Positions 14,359 to 27,790 of a stretch of DNA of 64,000 nucleotides are shown in pieces (position 1 is the stretch's first letter; each line of letters starts with the position of its first letter). Below the pieces are notes generated by a model. That model was given only the letters and a program-made list of their open reading frames with translations, was not told where the DNA came from and searched no databases. Source of the stretch: Spironucleus salmonicida (Eukaryota); the NCBI RefSeq assembly GCF_000497125.1, contig NC_090599.1, forward strand, positions 1,612,001 to 1,676,000, written 5' to 3'. Position numbers and translations under genes: made by a program.

Positions 14359-15399
14359 ATGATCCTGATTTTATCAATAGATCTGAACTAATTCGACGAC
14401 ATTAAATATTTATAGCAAATTATTTTTGAGCACTAACCGCAGTATTTATAGCTTCCTACTGAAGATATTTACTGGAAAAATATTTTTACCGTATAATTTT
14501 TGTAATAAAAAGGGGATTATTCAATTAGGTTTTAATGTATAAATGATGTCGAAATACAAGAAGTGATAATTATAAGCGAGAACCCGTCAGAATATATTTT
14601 TTGCAAAACTTAACAAAAGAAGGTAACTCTTAAAATGATAGATTTAATATTTAAAGATTGCAATGATAATATAAATTATTTGAGGGGTTAGATTTGCATA
14701 TTTTCTGGAGCATTATTTGATTGTGTCTCTGAAAAAAATTAAGAAATAGAGTTTTTAATAGAAGAAACATTCACGATTGTATATATATCGTAAAGTTCTA
14801 AATCATAAAAAACATTTTTCAAAGCGTAATTAGAAGTAAATGGAGTAATAAGAAGTTTAATGGAGTTTGGAACAACAGGTATTTTCAACTTTACTTTAAA
14901 GGCAGATTTAATGAGCATAGAAAAAGTAAATAACAGCCCTAATTATGCATATTTTCTTGTGAAAGATTATGAGCTGTAAATGGGATTCATAGGAGTAAGT
15001 ATAGAATAATGTGGTTACTTTGGTATATATGATAATGATGACTGTAAATTTGAGTCATGGAGACATTTTCCATAATTTTTAATTTTTACGGTCACCAATA
15101 AAGACGAAATAATATATTTCTACAATTCTAATAAAAATGGTAATATAGTGAAATTAGTTGGAACTACTGATGTGACAGTATAAACACTTGTAGAGGGAGT
15201 GGGTGAAAATGTAATATTAGTTAGATTTGGAATAAGTCTGGGATTTGAGACAAGTTAATGCATGAATCTGCTACCAGAAATGGATTTATGGTTATAATTA
15301 GATGGCAATATGTTCTGGTTGAGAAATAAATAGTAAGTGACCTGTAGATTTGATGAAATGTGTGTAGCTTTAGACACAAGTTTTAGTGACTCTTGTTGA
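14359..15399 (+). CDS. Hypothetical protein, 346 aa (possibly secreted; scattered Cys)
   Basis: MILILSIDLNQFDD...CVALDTSFSDSC*. Checked codon by codon for TGA; AGTGA just upstream of the stop. Confidence 0.65.
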
Positions 15400-15436
15400 A
15401 TATTATAAAATATTAAATTATAATAATCATCATAAT

Positions 15437-15452
15437 TTCCTTTCCACCATAT
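15437..15452 (+). promoter_or_regulatory. C/T-rich tract immediately upstream of ATG (similar tracts at ~28607-28620, ~38756-38766, ~50206-50222)
   Basis: TTCCTTTCCACCAT directly before the topo II ATG, preceded by an AT-rich stretch. Resembles the C-rich upstream motif reported for Spironucleus (from memory). Confidence 0.45.
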
Positions 15453-18400
15453 ATGTCTGGCGCTGCAGTTAAAAGAGTAGACCCAAGAGAGCATGTCTTG
15501 CTTAGACCTGATATGTATATTGGTTCAATAACTCCAGAGAAAACTAAAGGGTGGTTTGTAGATGCATCTAATAAGCTTTATCAAGGTGAAGGTAATTTTG
15601 TACCAGGACTTTACAAAATATTTGATGAAATAGTAACTAATGCATCTGATAATAAGTAAAGAGACAAGGACAGATAGAAAAAATAGAGCTATATCAAGTG
15701 CTGGTTCGAGAGTACTCCAGACGGCAAAGAAATTACAGTTTAAAATGATGGAGTTCAAGGATTTTTATCTTTCAATAAGTAAGAGAAGATGTATATTCCT
15801 GAATTAGCTTTTGGCGTGCTTATGACATCTAGCAATTATGATGATAGCGAGGAGAGAGTAACAGGGGGACGTAACGGTTTTGGAGCAAAATTGACTAACA
15901 TTTACTCTAAATAATTTAAAGTAGAAGTCTGTGAAGGGGGAAAGAAATATACTTAGCTGTGGACAAATAATATGCTTAATAGAAATGAACCAGAGATAAA
16001 AGATACATCATCTAATTAAAATTATGTTAAAATAAGTTTTATACCAGATTACGCTAGATTTTAACTTACAGATTTAAATAATGATAATGAAGCTTTGCTC
16101 AGAAGAAGAATCTTTGATATCGCCGGTTGTAATGAAAAACTTTAAGTATTTTTAAATGAGGAAAGATTACCTGTTTCAGGATTTTAAGACTATGCAAGAA
16201 TGTTTTTCACTGCTAGTTCTCCAAAATTTGTTGAAGAAAATTAACCTGTGGCGGAACCAACAGATGCTACAGTAGCAACTACTACAACTGCCAAATCTAA
16301 ATAAGTTTTCTGGTAAGATTAGTATATAAGCTATTATAGTCCTCATGATTTTTGGGATATTGCTGTTTTCTATTCAGAAGCGTAAGAATTTTAACAACTT
16401 TCGTTTGTTAATTCTATTTGTACGCTAGAAGGAGGGATGCATGTAGAATTAATGATAGATAACCTTATCGCTCCATTGAATGATGCTGTTAAGAAATTTT
16501 TAGCTAAAGACGGGATCAAAGATCCTAAAGAATTAACTAGAGCTTAGGTGAAAAATAATGTATTTATTGTAATCAGATCTTTAATAGTTAATCCATCGTT
16601 TGACTCTTAGACTAAAGTAGCCCTTCGCACACCGAAAGTATAGCTGAAGAAAACATTAACATTCATAGATACTGATCCATCATATAAAAAATTCATTAAG
16701 AGTTTGTAAAATAATGATACATTGTTATATTCATTAGGGTAATTGGTTTCTAAAACCTAAAGTAAATTATTAGCCAAAATGGATGGAGCAAAGAAAGCCA
16801 ATATAATTGTTCCAAAATTAGATGATGCCGTTGCTGCTGGTACTTCTCAATCGAATAAATGTTTTCTATTTTTGACTGAAGGTGATTCTGCCAAAGGTCT
16901 TGCAGTTGAAGGAATTTCATAGATTAAGGATGGACGTAAATTTTATGGTGTTTTCCCATTACGTGGTAAGGTTTTAAATGTTAGAGAAGTATCACATGAT
17001 AAGCTTGCTAATAATGCTGAAATCAATAATCTCAAGAAGATTTTAGGCCTACGATAGCAATGTAAATATGAAAATTAATCTGATATAGCATAACTGAGAT
17101 ATGGGAAGGTAGTTATTATGGCAGATTAGGATTATGATGGTTCTCATATTAAAGGATTAATTTTAAACGTATTTGATACATTTTGGCCCAATCTTTTGAA
17201 AAGCGGTTATTTGTAAGAATTTATCACACCTATTGTAAGATGTAGAAGAAAAGGAAGCAATGAGGTTATTGATTTCTATACACTACAAGAATTAGAAACA
17301 TGGATAGAATAACAAATTGATATTAAAAAATGGTAAGTCCAATACTATAAGGGTCTTGGTACTTCAGATAAGGCCGAAGCAAGAGAATATTTTACTTCTA
17401 ACAATATTGTTAAGAATTAAAAATAATTTGTTCATGACAAAGATGCTTCTGCTAGACTTAATTTAGCTTTTCATAAATAACTTAGTAATTAACGTAAAAT
17501 CTGGCTTAATGAGACAAGCGCAGATGTTTATCTAGATAATAAGCAAAAAATTATCAATATTTCAGATTTTGTGGATAAAGAATTGGTTTTATTCGAAAAA
17601 TATGCTAATATCCGTTCGATTCCTTCCCTTATAGATGGTCTTAAACCATCATAGAGAAAGGTACTTTTTGCAGCACTAAAGAGAAATCTTGTAACACCTC
17701 TTAAAGTGGTGCAACTTTCTGGTAATGTTTCAGAAAAGGCGGCTTATCATCATGGCGAAGCCTCTCTGAATGATACTATTGTAGGTCTGGCACAGTACTT
17801 TACTGGAGCTAATAATCTTCCAATACTCGTCCCCAAAGGTATGTTTGGATCAAGAGCACGTGGTGGTAAGGATTCAGCGGCGCCGAGATATATTTTTACT
17901 TATTTGCAGGCTATTGTAAAATATATTTTCATGAAGCAAGATGAAAAACTATACGAAAGAGTTACAGATGATAATTTAGTTGTTGAACCAGTTTTCTATG
18001 CACCAGTTATTCCTATGGTATTAGTCAATGGAGCTGCTGGTATTGGAACTGGTTATTCTTCTAATGTACCTTAATTTAATCCTAGGGATCTTATCCACTG
18101 CTTAAGAATGCGTCTATATTAAAAATCTACAAAAGAGTTAAGATATGGTTCTAAGTAGATAATGCCTTGGTATCGTGATTGGTAAGGTAGCATAAAAACC
18201 GAATACGAAGATGCAAATAATATTCACATTGAAAGATGGATATTTAGTGGTAAATTTGAAATTACTAACTCTACTTCTATTCGCATCACTGAATTGCCTC
18301 CATCTGTTTGGACAGAAGATTATCGGGAAATGCTATAGTCATGGATAACAGAAAATAAAGGAGAAGAAAAAGGAGTTGGGAAACCTTAGGTTGTTATGGT

Positions 18401-19580
18401 TAATGATTTTTCAGATAATGATACTGTTGATATTCATGTTCAGTTCTCCGAACAATACGCTAAACATTTTCTCAAGAATGTTAATCCCAAGAGTAAAAAT
18501 ACTGAATAATATTAAAATGTGTTAAAAGTCATGAAACTCACTTCATCATAGAAGACTACCAACATGGTACTTCATAATGAGAACGGAAATATATAGGTGT
18601 ATACAACTGTTTAGAGCATCATAGATACCTTCTTTAGAGTGCGTATGAATTTCTACTAAAAGAGAAAATAAGATTAGTTGGATTATCTTCAAGAGCGTGC
18701 TATAGAATAAAATGAGAGAGCTAGGTTTGTTTAGTTTGTAATTGAAGGCAAGATTAAGGTAAATAATGTTAAAAGAGACATCATAACTGAGGATTTGTGG
18801 AAAAATAAGTTCCTTCCTACGCATATGAATAGACTTCATTTATTAGAAGGTTCTTCAGAGGCCGTTCATGATGAAAACTCATAAGAGGATTCGAACAATG
18901 CTGAGCAGCGTGCTTTCCTGGATGCTCTTGTTAAGCGTATTTAGGATGTGCGGGATAGGGAAAAGTTTTTCCAAGCTATAAAATCTTTACCTGACAGCAA
19001 GACTAGAATTAATTGTTATTCATATCTGCTCAACATGGCTATCTATTCTCTTACTGAAGAAAAGTACGAAGAGCTCAGAAGACAGGCAGATTAGGCAGAG
19101 AGAGAATATCTTGTTCTCCTTGCTAAACCTGTTGAAAACATTTGGTTAGAAGATTTATCAAGACTAGATCTCAGCCTGGACGTATTTGACAATCATGTTA
19201 AGAAGAATATCATTGGTGTTAATTTTGAAATTAAAGATGCAGATGTTGTTAGGTTGAAATAATAAGTAGACAAATAGTATGCTGACTTCCAAGGCGCTGA
19301 TGGTGATTCTGATGTTGAACCTGAATTAGTTAAGATAGTAGAGAAAACTAAAGCAGTGAAATAGCCTAAGGCTACCAAGGACACTCCCAAAGAGAAGCCT
19401 GCATCTAAATAGAAAGGAGATGACAGGCCTTCCTTACTGAAGAAAAAGGATGCATCTGAGGCTCCTGCTAAAAAGGCTGCACCTAAGAAGAAAGAGGTAT
19501 CAGAATCCGAACTCACCGAGGTTAGCTTCTCATCTGATTCTGCAGAGTAAAGTTACTCTATTGATGATGATCTCGAGTGA
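15453..19580 (+). CDS. TOP2: DNA topoisomerase II, 1375 aa
   Basis: EHVLLRPDMYIGS, GLYKIFDEIVTNASDN, GGRNGFGAKL, TEGDSAK, PLRGK, MADQDYDGSHIKG, YYKGLGTS, RSIPSLIDGLKPSQRK, AYHHGE and PRYIFT (catalytic Tyr), all in one frame with TAR=Gln. Ends in GAGTGA. Confidence 0.97.
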
Positions 19581-19956
19581 TGTATCAAAATATGTTAACT
19601 ATTTTAATAAAGATTCTATATTGTTTCCTAAAGACTACCTATTTTTATTTAATGATATTTCTAAGTCTTACTTAAGAATACTACGGTTTAACATAGACTA
19701 TTATGATATATACGTGGAATATAAATATTTTTATTTGCAATAGTTTTCTTCACTATTTCATTTTATTTAATAATATATTACTTCAATATTTATATTGATA
19801 TGGGTATAAACATATTTATAGGAATATTTACAACTCAAAATTTAATTTATATTCTTTATATTATATACTAAATATAGTATAGTAGAGAGAAGTTATGACA
19901 TTACAACATGCTAGTATAGTAAACATCACTTAGCATAAAAAAGGTTACGATTATTA

Positions 19957-21525
19957 TCAAATCACTATTGCAGCCGTAAGAGCAATTATTCCGACAAAGA
20001 ACAACATTCCTGCCGAGCTATCCTTTGTTACACATTCCCTACCTTTCCATTCAAAGCCCTTTTTACAAAAACACCCAACACCTGGACCTCCTTTTGAACC
20101 ACTAAATTATGCATCTTTGGGACAGTCTACACATAGTCCAGCAGGATGTGAGTATTAGTTTCTAGGACATGGCTTACATTCATCATCCTCGTCATCAATA
20201 GAAAACCAGTTAGCTGGACATTCACAGTAATCTTTGCGAGCAGCACCTGGATGAAGTGTAATACCGTCAAAAGGGCATTACATACATAATATTTAACCGA
20301 CATCTTCGTTGTAAAAGTTTAATGGACACATATCGCATGAGTCTTTCCCAGAAGATTACTGGTAATGTCCAGCAGGGCATGGCCTACATACTCCAGCATT
20401 TAAGTCTCCTTCATTTCCAGGACTACATAATGCGCCAATCAAGGCCGCCTCAAAATCTGCGTTGGTAATTGAGTTTACGTCAGTCTTAAAAACAGTTTAT
20501 AGTTTTTTATAACTGAATAATTCAATGCCATTATTGCTTTTACTAGTTACAATATCACCTTTCAAAGAATTATAAAACGCAGTATCAAAATTACCTTCTC
20601 TATTATTCATCATTATTCCTGCAATTTTTTAGTTCCACCATGGATTTGTATCACTATAATAACTAGTCCATTTCTGCATTTCTGTTATAAAACTAGATTT
20701 ACTATAAACATCGTCGCTTCTACTACCAATTATTACCATTATTGGCTTTGTATTACTAGCTAGGCTAGCAGCGAACATACCTTTGTGTATTAAATCCCCA
20801 GACGTTTCCCATTCCCCAATTTTATCATTCATAGTATGAATAACAATCCAATTTACATATGAATCACCAGGATAAAGGTCGGCAATGTTTCTTTTACAGG
20901 TAGTGCTTTTATAGTCATTTTGTGTAGCATTCACAGTAGGGGTTACAAAAATTCCTTCTTCAGGGCAAATAACAACTTTGTCTTCCTCATCAACGTACCA
21001 TCCATCACATTATTGATAAGTTCCATTAGGACCATCACAAGCAGATGCAGAAATACCAAACGCGAATTTAGAACGAATATTAGCCTTCTTAGCGTCAACT
21101 ACTAATTTTTAAAATACTTTTTTAAAAATATCCGGATCTATAGAGAATGATGGAAACTCATTAGAATAAGCACCTATCAATATAATAGACGAGGTATTAG
21201 TTTCTTGTTCAAACTCTTATAGCATTCCATAAAATTTTTATATGTAGTCTTCATGTAGTCCAGCAAGTATCGCTTACATTGAATCCTTATTATTTATGGG
21301 TAACATTGGATCCCAATGAATAAGTGGAACTGCAGAAACATTATAGATTTATAAAAGTTATGTTTTGAATCTACCTATATCAATGTCATTTAGAGTCCAG
21401 TGGGCTTGAAAGCCTGCATATACAATACTTTTATTTATAAATGCTTACATATTGCCAATATGTTCTTTGTCAAAACTGGTATCAAAAGTACCTATAGCAT
21501 ATGCTTATAATGTTAAGACCATCAT
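19957..21525 (-). CDS. Putative surface protein, 522 aa: GH26-like TIM-barrel domain, Cys-rich (GCC2/GCC3 or ephrin-receptor-like) repeats, C-terminal hydrophobic anchor
   Basis: AVPLIHWDP, ILAGLHEDYI, LYPGDSYVNWI and KPIMV match GH26 landmarks. CRPCPAGHYQ...CDMCPLNFY-type repeats follow. Ends SSAGMLFFVGIIALTAAIVI*. Confidence 0.75.
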
Positions 21526-21612
21526 TATAAGGAATCATAACCAAACCTACAAATATCTACATCTAGCTTTTAGATAATATTATATAAGATATAAATAAAT
21601 AATAAAATTTAT

Positions 21613-23532
21613 ATGCGCGGAAATGTGCTAACATCATCTCCAATACGCCCGAAGGAAAAACTATAATCTGTTTTCACTTTGTATGCTAGTAGTGAAGAAT
21701 AATAACAGCACAAAAATATTCCAAAAAGGTTAGTAGTTTCACAATTATCGTTTCATGATGATTTCATTCGTCAAAAGCGTATGAATATTATTGACGAAAT
21801 GCAAAGACCAGAATCATAGCAATCCTAGAAAAGTAGCCAATCACAACCTAAATCCATTGAAAAGGTTCTAAATCCATATATTTTATTTGAATTTAACAGG
21901 CCAATTAATTATCCAGTATCAGATTGGTAATATTTCCTTACTACAACTAAAAATTTGGTAGCTACAGATAGAAAATTCACTGATGTAGATTTTCCTGATC
22001 CTTATTCATGGGATAAGTTAATCGTTTCAGGAAATAGATTACTTTTAACTGATTTTTTACTACAGAACATTAAAAACCTAGATTTATCTGATAATGAAAT
22101 TGATGATATAAAATTAGAGCTAATGTTAGGAATTACTGAATAAGTATCTTTAGAGTAATCACTTTAGCTAGGGTTATATGAGTCATTGTAGTCTATCGAT
22201 CTATCAATGAATTTCTTTTAAGATTTTGAAAAGCTAACGAGTTTATTGTCAAAATTTCCAAACTTAAAGCAATTAACATTAACTTAGATGAAGTTTAAAT
22301 AGTTTTCCTAATTGTAAGAACCATTACCTAATGTATAAAATTTAATTCTCGATTCTAATCATATAACAAAATAATTTTTACTATTATTGGCAAATATATT
22401 TCCAAATTTATGCTTTTTATCTCTATGTAACTGTAATCTTGCATCAATGCACTTAAATTATTTTGGGAACTTCAAACATTTACTAGCATTAAAAATTAAA
22501 GATAATCCCAAAATTCGCAGCCTTGATACTATTAAAGCTTTTCTACGTAATATTGACATTGATACACTAGAATATATTGATATTAGCGTTGTTGATAATA
22601 AATAGAACTAAAAGCAACCAGCAATTGTAACTTTTAGCAAAGATGAACTTGGTAAAATTTTAACTGGGAAAATACCAGATACACAAAATATTGATGTTAT
22701 TGTCTACGAAAGATAGGAAGTTTTGGGTATGAGAATGCAATATCGGGAGAAACATAGTGTTTTATAAGATTGCTTGGTTGAGAGTTAGATGGATACAAAA
22801 GACATCATCCCTTATTTAGAATCAACTAAATCCGAGAGTAAGTAAATTAGATGTAAGAGCATGTTGGCAACGATTTTACCAAGCGAAATTTAAAAACCAC
22901 ACAAATATTATCAGAATAAACTCGTGCGACCATTATCTAATAGAAAACATTTTTTAGCTGAAGACGGTATGGATTATCTTAGCACATGGCTACGATAATA
23001 AGATGGAGTTTTAGCATAAAATTTACTTATTGCGGATTCTATTTAATAAGCATTATAATTATTTTCAAATTCTAACAAAACAAGACATGAACTTATGTCA
23101 GAAATTAACACCAAGAATTAATCTGCTAATGCTTCTAGAGCACCTTCACCTGATAAATCATCGTTTTTCGTTACAGCAGTTGATGTTGGTTAAGATGATT
23201 TTACGGAACCCACCTAACTTCTGAAAGAGTCTGATCTCTAAATAGATTAACGCGAAATTTCTAACTTCTAACGATCTGTTTTTGATGATTCATTGTTGAG
23301 TTAAGATTTATTTGAGCGGCTTAACTTAGTATTAGGGCCTACTTCAGAATTAGATTTAGCTAACCACCCAATTGATACATCAGGGCTGTAATCGTTCCTA
23401 CCTCGCGGTGTAAACACGAACATGTAGGAACTGTATAAGGCCCTTAAACAGACTTTGCTAAACCCCCAGGGTGAAGAATTCAGAATCGACGATGAGGAGA
23501 TCCTAAAGGTCCTGATGGATGAGGTGAAGTGA
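21613..23532 (+). CDS. Leucine-rich repeat protein, 639 aa
   Basis: LRR motifs NIKNLDLSDNEI, SLQSIDLSMNFF, NVQNLILDSNHI, NLCFLSLCNCNL, HLLALKIKDNP. Ends in AAGTGA. Confidence 0.85.
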
Positions 23533-23542
23533 TAAATTGCCT

Positions 23543-24703
23543 TCATATCATTAGCTCTTCGACGCAGTATATCAAAACGTACGCGGTGAATCCCTCCCCG
23601 GCTGATCCAGCAGTTGCCAGAACTGTTATTTCGTCAACCTATTAAACAATTGCATCATCGAACTGATACCACACTTTTCCGTGCTTGGCGTAAGTGATAT
23701 AATGCCCTCCGTCAACGGATAGCCCCTTATGACAAATTACTGCTTTCAAGTGATATAACGGCTACGCAGGATTGAAACTGGTAACTGTGCAATCTGGTCC
23801 GCAGAACTCCTACATAGACATTTCTGGTGCGAACGCGATTTTTCTGGTGATCTTTTGCAGTGTTTCGCCACTCTGCGCAAAGCGCATCAGCTGAATTTGC
23901 AAAATTCCAGGCAGTCTCCCGAAAAGCTTATCGCCCAGCATCGCTGAGATTGTCTCTTCTACCGTGTTCATAGCTTTTACGGGAACGCGCAAAAACGTTT
24001 CTTTTTCTTCACCAAATTGGCACTCGAAGAGCTCGTTCAGCTTGCGCGTCTCTAGGAAGCCGCTAAGCTGCGCCGCAAATCCCACTCCTTTTGCAGCTAG
24101 GTTCAGATCGTCCTCCAGCTCCCGTTCAATTAGGAACAGTGCTTCCTGAGCATCTTACTGCTTCCCCAACGCAAACTGCGGGTGCTTCCCGCGCAGCGAG
24201 TCACCCAGAGGGGCAGTTTACTGGACCGTTTCCCGGGCTCCCAGCTGTTTTATTGTCTTGCAGACGGCAGCGGCCAATGTAGATCCCGAATCGCGCGCTT
24301 CCGCGAGCCCACCAGCAAGGGGCGAAATAGCAGTCAGCACCTGTACTGCAGAAGCCAGGTAGCACAGGTTTCCGTCGTTGGACATGCCTACGGGGCGGTT
24401 CTTGTACATCGAGCGGCGGACGTTTTCAAGCTGATTTGCTGTCAGTTTCTATGCTGGATCAGCTGCTGACTGCGCGTTGCCGAGGAGGATCAATTTAGAG
24501 CCGTTTTATATGTTGTATGACGCTAGTGTGTCCTAGAGCTGCAAAGGGGATGGGGAAGTTTCGGAAATTAAGATCTAGTACTCTATGTCGAGTTCTGAGA
24601 TTGAGGAAAGCATAACTGCTAGAGTTTCGACGGTTTCATCGCTGGAAATCGTTATATCGAAAGGGTTGTTCTTAAAGAAGACTTTCAAATTGATATCCGA
24701 CAT
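23543..24703 (-). CDS. USP14: Ubiquitin-specific protease with N-terminal ubiquitin-like domain (USP14/Ubp6-like), 386 aa
   Basis: UBL-like N-terminus MSDINLKVFFKNNPFDITI...IQNGSKLILLG, Cys box PVGMSNDGNLCYLASAVQVL, LPGILQIQLMRF, His box GHYITYAKHGKVWYQFDDAIV. Confidence 0.8.
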
Positions 24704-24751
24704 TAGAGGTGCAGTAGAAAAATTATTATTTTAATATATAATAATCAATTT

Positions 24752-25972
24752 TCACTATGGAAGTTCGTTTAATGAATTATGACGTTGAAAGGTTGTTTCG
24801 ATTTGTTTGTCAAGCATTTCATCCGGAAACTAAAAATGAGGGAAGTAGGCACGGATAAATTATACTAGTTTCTCATCTCTGTATAAAATTTATATCCGTT
24901 CTTCTAGCCTGGTATCTAGGGTAAATACTTCAATTGAATTATCAAATAAAAACATTTCGCTGCTGATCAGATCGATTAACAGAAGCCCTTTTTCATACAG
25001 TGATCGTAAGTCTTGATAAAATTTTAGATTTGAAATGTAAACACACATTCTAGGATCTGTTCTCTCAATTAATACTTAAGAGTCTTTGCTAGGCATTAAA
25101 GCAGGTGTAAAATCTTACTTAAATATATCTACATCAGTGGTGTGTACAATCTGTTTTACATATTGCTCCTCAATTATTTTTTTTGAAACATACAACTCGG
25201 GGTTTAGCTAAATCTTTTACTAAACTAATCTTTTCTATTCAATGTAGTTTATAACATCCTCGCCATGTAAATAAACTTTACAAAGCAATAGATTTCTCTT
25301 CTAACAATGGTAAATTGTCTTAAATGTTTAAATCCATGAAATTGGGATCTGGCCTACTTTTCTAACGGCCTAAAATCCGTCATCCTAACCATTTTTTAGT
25401 TCTATTTTCTTCACCTTTCCAGATAGTTGAATTTGCAGTATGCTGAGGCTGCGTTTCTATAACAAAAATAAGTCATCATTTGGTCTAAAGATATCCATAT
25501 CTATCTAATTGAAACGTTTATTTGCAGGTTTGATTTCCAAACTTGTTAAATCAAATTCGTAATACAGGAGATCGTCATCGCGAATTAGCAGTGAGTTTTA
25601 AGGATATGAGCAATAGGCAAACCCCTAGGTAACAGTGAAGGTAAGCTAAATTAATTCCGTTAAAATTGAGTTTTGTAGCCGATATACTTTACTAGGGTTG
25701 ATTATTGAGGCGGGTGAAATAACATACTAGTTTTCATTAAGACTAATGATGGGAAATTGTAATACTGATACAAAATCAGTACTTTGGCAAGGGAAATCAA
25801 TTTTTTCTTTTCTTATATAATTGTAGCTTTCATCAAAGAATACTTTATAATTTTACTAAAAACCAACAAATTATTCACCTACCTAGTGTACATAATATGA
25901 TTGTAGAATGTGAAAGTTTGTCTTATCTTCCTCTACTTCCATTTATAACTCCCTCATACTCATGCGTTTCAT
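24752..25972 (-). CDS. Hypothetical protein, 406 aa
   Basis: MKRMSMRELQMEVEEDK...HNSLNELPQ*. Start and stop are in register and it ends in TAGTGA. No family recognised. Confidence 0.7.
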
Positions 25973-26019
25973 TTTATAGACGATATTATATAATATATAA
26001 AATTAATAGGAAAAATTAG

Positions 26020-26913
26020 ATGGTTGAAAATATGCCAGATCTCTAAGTCTTTGGCAGTGAGGCATATACAAATATCAATACACATTATATCAAAAAAGAA
26101 GACACAGTACTTTATGAGGATGTCTTTTTGCATTTATGTGATGATCCAGTTGAGAATTTGCTTGATATTACCTAAATGAACTTTGAGTATATTAACCCAA
26201 TTTAGCGTGATGCATTTTTTAGAATGCCTGGACGAGTAAAAAGATAACCTACCTCACATTATGGTAAGTTATTAGTTAAATCTAAGCCGTGTTTATGCAA
26301 GAGGTTTGACATGAAAATTCTCACTAGATCGCTTATTATGAAAGTAGATTAATCATTTACAGATATTTTAGAAAAATTTCATTATAAGATGCGGTCTATT
26401 ATGTAGACTAGACATGATCTTACATTATTCTAGGAAGAAATAGTTATGTAGAAAAATAACTTCACTTAGTTAAATTTTAAAAATATAATTCAAGAACAGT
26501 TGTGTTAAACTGGGCACATATGTACTACTCATTGGGAAAATATTATTAAGAAGGAGTTTCTATCTAGTAATTCTGCTTAATAAATCATCAACTAGATCAT
26601 TGATAGTTTTGAATTGAAATATAAAACTAGTTTTAATTAGTTAAATGATATTATTTATATCAATGAAGATTATTAAGATTTAAGCAGTAGATTATTCTTG
26701 TATTACTGTGATGATTAAGTGGTTGACTTATTCCATCAATAATTAATTTAGTTAGAAAAAGTAGTAGCCAACTTAGAAGATAAATATAATAAATCGATTA
26801 ATAGTCTAAACGGAAGAGGTTTTAAAATTTAATAATTGATTAACAAGTTAAATTAGCTATATAATGGAAATTATGAGCCATCTGAGATCGATGTTTAGTT
26901 AGACTTGTAGTGA
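26020..26913 (+). CDS. Hypothetical protein, 297 aa
   Basis: MVENMPDLQVFGSEAY...IDVQLDLQ*. Ends in TAGTGA; divergent from the previous gene across 47 bp. Confidence 0.7.
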
Positions 26914-27790
26914 GTGAATAATATTATAATTTTACGTTTAATTATATATACTTAGATTATTATTATCTAGTTTTATAATAATAGTGTGTATGAATAAATT
27001 TAATAACAAATGATGATATTTATAATTAAATATAAAGTGATATTAATAAGACTTTTATTCTAAACTAAAATAATCTGTTAATACCAGTTAATACTAAAAA
27101 TAGAGTAATTAAAAAAGGATTGAACGAGTATATCGCTATGTTAAAATATCAAATTTTTAATTCTTAGTATAGATATAAATTTTTTAAATGAGTATTTTGC
27201 AGAAAAGTGAAGACATTGATCAAGTTATTTATAATATTGATATCTTGTTTTTAATTTGTAGTTACTAATAAGAGAAATAGCAATTACTTTCTAAAAATTA
27301 AATAAGAGGCTAAAATATTATTACAAGATAAAATTATATTTTTTTTAAATTTCTATTTTATTTATTTTTATCTAACGAATTATATATCAGTTATAAGCTT
27401 TAATTAGTAAATATAAACTTGTAAGTTTAATTTATACAAAATAATATATTACTATATTAGATGATATAATTTTTATATTAAATATAAATAATGTACAAAG
27501 ATTCTATATCTGTATTAATAGTATATACAAAACGTATTTTGTAAAACAGTTTTGCTATAAAAAAATATTTTAATAAGGATGAAATCTTGTATTTGTGAAT
27601 TTAATATATTTTAGGATAATTCGGAATCAAGTATTCATTTAAAAATGTGGTAATGTAACATTAATACTTACAAACGATAAGAAAATAGCAGATAGATATA
27701 ATATTTAGTATAAAATGCAAAAATATTTAAAACATAAAAACTTAAATTGCTAACAACGCATATATCTATTTAAAATTATTAAATCAATGG

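Noticed and set aside
21526-21565. Upstream exon or intron extending the signal peptide of the GH26-like gene
   Set aside because: The upstream ATGs are out of frame, an in-frame TGA lies at 21535-21537, and no convincing splice signals were seen.
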